Of a stretch of 64,000 nucleotides of DNA, positions 59,462 to 64,000 are shown piece by piece (position 1 is the stretch's first letter; every line of letters starts with the position of its first letter). The notes beneath the pieces were generated by a model. The model was not told the origin of the DNA. It was given only the letters and a program-made list of their open reading frames with translations, and ran no database searches. This DNA is from Octopus vulgaris. Lineage: Eukaryota. The stretch lies in the NCBI GenBank assembly GCA_951406725.2, contig OX597831.1:81406001-81470000 (forward strand). Reading direction: 5' to 3'. Position numbers and translations under genes: made by a program.

Positions 59462-59867
59462 GGCGCAGGAGTGGCTGTGTGGAAAGTAGCTTGCTTTACC
59501 AGCCGCATGGTTCCAGGATCAGTCCTATCGGCACCTTGGGCAAGTGTCTTGGGCAAGATTTGTGAGAGGATTTGGTAGATGGAAACTGAAAGAATCCCGT
59601 CGTATATGTACATATATATGCGTGTGCGTGTGTGTGTGTGTGTGTTTATGCGTTTGTGTGTCTGTATCTGCCCCCCCCACTAACATCGCTTGACAACCGA
59701 TGCTGGTGTGTTTACGTCTCCGTAACTTAGCGTTTCGGCAAAAGGGTCCGATATAATAAGTACTAGGCTTACAAAGAATAAGTCCTGGGGTAGACTTGTG
59801 CAACTAAAGGCTGTGCGACAGCATGGCCGCAGTCAAATGACTGAAACAAATAAAAGAATAAAAGAAA

Positions 59868-59870
<3 letters not shown>
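59462..59870 (+). mobile_element. tRNA-derived SINE with LINE-shared 3' tail
   Basis: Head GGCGCAGGAGTGGCTGTGTGG..., body TTTGGTAGATGGAAACTGAAAGAA, (TG)n, tail CAGCATGGCCGCAGTCAAATGACTGAAAC. Many copies in the window. Confidence 0.85.
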
Positions 59871-59922
<52 letters not shown>

Positions 59923-60064
59923 GTTAATCCAAACATGAAAGCACAAAGAGAAAACACAACAACGCGAGGACGTGGAACAAATATAGTGTTATTGGACGCT
60001 CAGGAAGGAAGGGAAAAAGGAGGGTTCAACTTTTACGGGCGGAGCTCTTCGTCAGAAACATAGG

Positions 60065-60122
<58 letters not shown>

Positions 60123-60398
60123 TTCCTATGTTTCCTATGTATATATATATATATATATCACTTGCTTTCTTCCAAAGAATCTAGTGCTCTTAACTTCGAT
60201 CTTCTTGGGGCTGGCCAGATTGGAGCAGTCTCAAGTGTAACCAGCCGATACTGCAACGACGATCTGGAACTCGACTGATGATAGAAAGCTCCGAATGACC
60301 GTCATTGATTTTTCCTGTCCTTTTTTGTATTGTCTAACTGCCCGGATGTTTTGTTGTTGCCTCTTACGTTCTTGTTCCATTTCTTATATATATCTATA

Positions 60399-60439
<41 letters not shown>

Positions 60440-60473
60440 CGGCGTACGTACACTTTTGGTCTCCTGTATGTAA

Positions 60474-60505
<32 letters not shown>

Positions 60506-60814
60506 GCATCAGCAGTTTAGCAATGCAACATCAAAAAGGAAAACTATAATTGTCCTTAAAAATGACAGGATGTTAGAGATACCCGCAATGCTAGAAATAA
60601 GAGCTAAAGTCCTCTGATGCTGCCGTCAACGAACGTCATGGTATACATACATACTGACACCGACTGTAAACGGCCGAAATCGGCAGTCGTAATATTTCTA
60701 TGTCAGATATCCATATACACGTGTAAGCACATAAATGCAAAGCATGATGGAAGAAAATATAGTAATCGAATTCCGAAAGTAGAGCTTCTTTTATTAAAGC
60801 CGTAAGACCCCAAA

Positions 60815-60851
60815 TGCTACTCAGAGTTTCACTTTCCTGTTCATCGGGCAG
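60815..60851 (-). ncRNA. Hammerhead motif, inverted partner, weakened stem II
   Basis: UGC-CCGAUGA-ACAGGAAAGU-GAA-ACU(CUG)AGU-A-GCA. Confidence 0.55.
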
Positions 60852-60873
60852 TTGTGATCTTGCTTGATCACAG

Positions 60874-60911
60874 CTGCCCGACGAACGGGAACGTGAAACT
60901 CAGAGTAGCGG
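60874..60911 (+). ncRNA. Type I hammerhead ribozyme motif, same family
   Basis: CUGC-CCGACGA-ACG(GGAA)CGU-GAA-ACU(CAG)AGU-A-GCGG. Stem I carries a compensatory change relative to the 49.9 kb copies. Confidence 0.68.
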
Positions 60912-60924
60912 TTTTTTTGTGATG

Positions 60925-62089
60925 TTCTTAGAGTTACATCATCACTTTTGAAAATGCAATTTATAGTGTCTGATTAATATTGTGAGCTTTCTCTTGTAAA
61001 TCAATTTTTGTGAATCCATGGATAGATAAAAAATTCGTGTTGTTTATGAATATGAGTTCCATCATGGAACAAATGCATCCCAGACAGCTCGAAACATCAA
61101 TGAGGTGTTTGGTGAAGATGTGGCGGATGAGCAGACTATACATTGATGGTCTGAGAAGTTCCGGTCTGGTGACTTTACTCTTGAAAATCAGCTCCGTGGT
61201 AGACCTGAGACCATGGTGGATAATGATGAGCTGAAAACTGTAATGGATACATCTCAAACTACGCGTTTGATGTTTCGATTCCAGGTGTATTGGACCATCT
61301 GAAACAAATCAGAAAGGTAAAGAAGCTGGACAAGTGGGTACCACAGAAACTGAACGAGCATCAAATGACACATCGTCTTGAAAGATGCTGTTCTTTGTTG
61401 TCACAGCATAAAAGCGAACCATTTTTGCATCGTGTTGTTATGTGTGATGAAAAATGGATTCTTTTCAACAATAGCAAGCATTCTGCACAGTGGTTGGATA
61501 GAGACAAAGTGCCAAAACACAATCTAAAAAAGAATATCCAGCAAAAAAAGCTAATGGTGTCTGCTTGGTGGTCCAGTGCTGGTGTCGTCCACTACAGCTT
61601 CATGAGACCTGGTAAGTCAATTATAGCGGATGTCTACACCAACCAATTGGTTGAAATGATGAGTGAACTTACAATTAAACAACTGAGATTGGTCAAGAGA
61701 GACAGGCCAATTCTCTTGCAAGACAATGCTTGACCACATGTTGCACAAAGAACGTTACTCAAATAAGAAGGAACTGAACTTGGAAGCACTCTGTCAACCA
61801 CCATATTCGCCAGACTTGCACCAACTGGCTATCACATTTTCCCAGCATTAGACAACATTTTGTAAGGAAAAAACTTCAAATCTGAAGATGCAAACACAGC
61901 CTTTCGTGATTTCATCACCTTTTGCTCTCCAGAATTCTTCGCTGCTGGCATAAATAAGTTATCGATAAAATGGCAAAATTGTGTTGATAATTTAGGTGCA
62001 TACTTTGATTAAACTGCATTGCTTTTTGTTGAGATAAAGAAAAATAAACTTTCAGTTCAAAATTGGACATTTCATTCTTAATGACCTGA
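60925..62089 (+). mobile_element. Decayed mariner transposon (Hsmar1/cecropia-like), left TIR not seen
   Basis: ATG at 61018: MDR*KIRVVYEYEF...TARNINEVFG...KFRSGDF..RGRP. Then KLDKWVP, VMCDEKWI, LLQDNA and PPYSP; stop about 62012. Right end ...CATTTCATTCTTAATGACCTGA followed by TA. Multiple stops and frameshifts. Confidence 0.92.
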
Positions 62090-62117
62090 TATGTATATAT
62101 ATATATATATATATATA

Positions 62118-62518
62118 CTCTTTTACTCTTTTACTTGTTTCAGTCATTTGACAGCGGCCATGCTGGAGCACCGCCTTTAGTCGAGCAAATCGACCCCGGG
62201 ACTTATTCTTTGTAAGCCCAGTACTTATTCTATCGGTCTCTTTTGCCAAACCGCTAAGTGACGAGGACGTAGACACACCAGCATCGGTTGTCAAGCAATG
62301 CTAGGGGGACAAACACAGACACACAAACATATACACACACACTTATATATATATATATACATATATACGACAGGCTTCTTTCAGTTTCCCTCTACCAAAT
62401 CCACTCACAAGGCATTGGTCGGCCCGGGGCTATAGTAGAAGACACTTGCCCAAGATGCCACGCAGTGCGACTGAACCCGGAACCATGTGGTTACTTACCA
62501 CACAGCCACTCCTGCGCC
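62118..62518 (-). mobile_element. Near full-length copy of the same SINE
   Basis: Reverse complement of the 59462-59870 family, from head (CCACACAGCCACTCCTGCGCC) to tail (TTTCAGTCATTTGACAGCGGCCATGCTGGAGCACCGCC). Confidence 0.88.
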
Positions 62519-62555
<37 letters not shown>

Positions 62556-62936
62556 GAGTGGGTGGACAAACGAAAGAAAGGGGCACTCAACACATTGAGT
62601 AAGAGTTACATCTCATTCACTGCATTTGCTTTAAACATTTCAGCTCGTGAGTGAGTGAAGGGCCCTCAACACTGCTACTCGACCTGTTAGACATTTCCCC
62701 CAAACATCCCATCGCTTTAAAAACGTTAAAGAATGTATTCTTCGATATACATGAAGACGGAACGGCCATGGATGGAACTCCTTTGCCGATAGGTTTACTT
62801 CGTCAGGTGTGATATGATGCTAACAACAGCAACATTTCATGTCAATGTACGTATTAAGTGGTATCACTCCTTGTATTTGGTCGGCATCCTGTTGAAGTCT
62901 TCATTATCATATTGATTTATGTAGGGTCCATCTATT

Positions 62937-63166
62937 GGCGAGCTGGCAGAAACGTTAGCACGCCGGGCGAAATGCGTAGCCGTATTTCGTCTGCCGTTAC
63001 GTTCTGAGTTCAAATTCCACCGAGGTCGACTTTGCCTTTAATCCTTTCGGGGTCGATAAATTCAGTACCAGTTACGCACTGGGGTCGATGTAATCGTCTT
63101 AATCCGTTTATCTGTCCTTGTTTGTCCCCTCTGTGTTTAGCCCCTTGTGGGTAGTAAAGAAATAGG
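62937..63166 (+). mobile_element. tRNA-derived SINE of a third type (central domain resembling the Meta domain)
   Basis: GGCGAGCTGGCAGAAACGTTAGCAC...GAGTTCAAATTCC (B box), then GAGGTCGACTTTGCCTTTAATCCTTTCGGGGTCGATAAA..GTACCAG. Confidence 0.8.
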
Positions 63167-64000
63167 TATGTGCAAACCTAAAGAAGATTTCTTGAGAGTG
63201 ACTTGCGGTTGTCCAAGAATACAAGTCTCTTCTTCTCCACATCACCGATGTTATTTATATTCAAGAAAAAAACCGCCAGTTTGGGCTTACACAGTTCGTT
63301 GCCAGTGTTTCTGCAGATGTTATTACCACAACGCAAAAAGTTCGAGCAAATTTCCATAAATCCTCAAACATTTCCATAAATTCACCATCCTGGATTGGTA
63401 AAATTTGAACCTAGAGTGCAGAATTCGGAACAAAGACCTCGAAGAATTTTCTCCAATGCTTTACTGACCCAGCTAATTCGCGTTCTTTCTTTGTGCCAGG
63501 GTATTTTCCCTTGGGGGTCACCATCAAAATAATCGGTCAGGAGTTGCGTCTGAACTCCGTACCAAAGCACTCGGCATAAGCTGAACTAACCTAAATATTT
63601 TATAAATATAAACAGCTTTAAATCCGAAAGAATTGAAGGGTAAATTATGTTCTACGTTCCACGGTATTTGCAATTTGAAACCGCGTTCTAACTTTCGGAG
63701 TATAAAAACCTACAGCCGTGCTAACCACTGCACCAAAGACGTATTAGTGAGGTGATCGTTCAAAATGCAAAACTTAACTTTCACAGCAAAGATTACAGAT
63801 ACCAATCGCCTGCCAAGGTGGATCTCAATCCACATAGGATGTGTGTGTGTATGTGTGTGTGCACGCGCGTTCATGTGTATGTATACAGACAGATGCGTAT
63901 ATCTATGTGTATATCTGTGTATGTATGCATGTATATATGTATATATACATATATGTGTGTGTGTGTGTGTTTGTTTGTGTGTGTGTGTGGGCGTGTGTGT

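Noticed and set aside
61018-62012. Domesticated SETMAR-like gene
   Set aside because: Multiple stops and frameshifts, and no SET domain.

Overview
This is AT-rich, microsatellite-saturated animal genomic DNA. The SINE, LINE and simple-repeat complement looks like an octopus (coleoid cephalopod) genome; that is inference from repeat style. The one recognisable host gene is the first coding exon of an Emx/empty-spiracles-type homeobox gene on the minus strand (28212-26694). It has an eh1 motif (FTIESLIG), the Emx-type RDxxxFxPW...YLGxRxxG block and a phase-1 splice donor at the conserved position. I did not find the homeobox exons in the window, so intron 1 appears to exceed 26 kb. There is a candidate proximal promoter near 29.3 kb and a candidate distal promoter with a non-coding exon near 54-56 kb. 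The rest is two decayed mariner transposons plus a mariner end, CR1/L2-group LINE fragments (one with 5'-inversion geometry), many tRNA-derived SINEs and simple repeats. The main hidden layer is about a dozen minimal type I hammerhead ribozyme motifs from several Penelope-like/retrozyme-type repeat families. They are often arranged as inverted pairs inserted in (TA)n tracts, one family shows compensatory stem changes, and three copies lie sense within the Emx intron. Nearly all ORFs in the supplied track are translations of microsatellites. Repeat boundaries were read by eye and are approximate.
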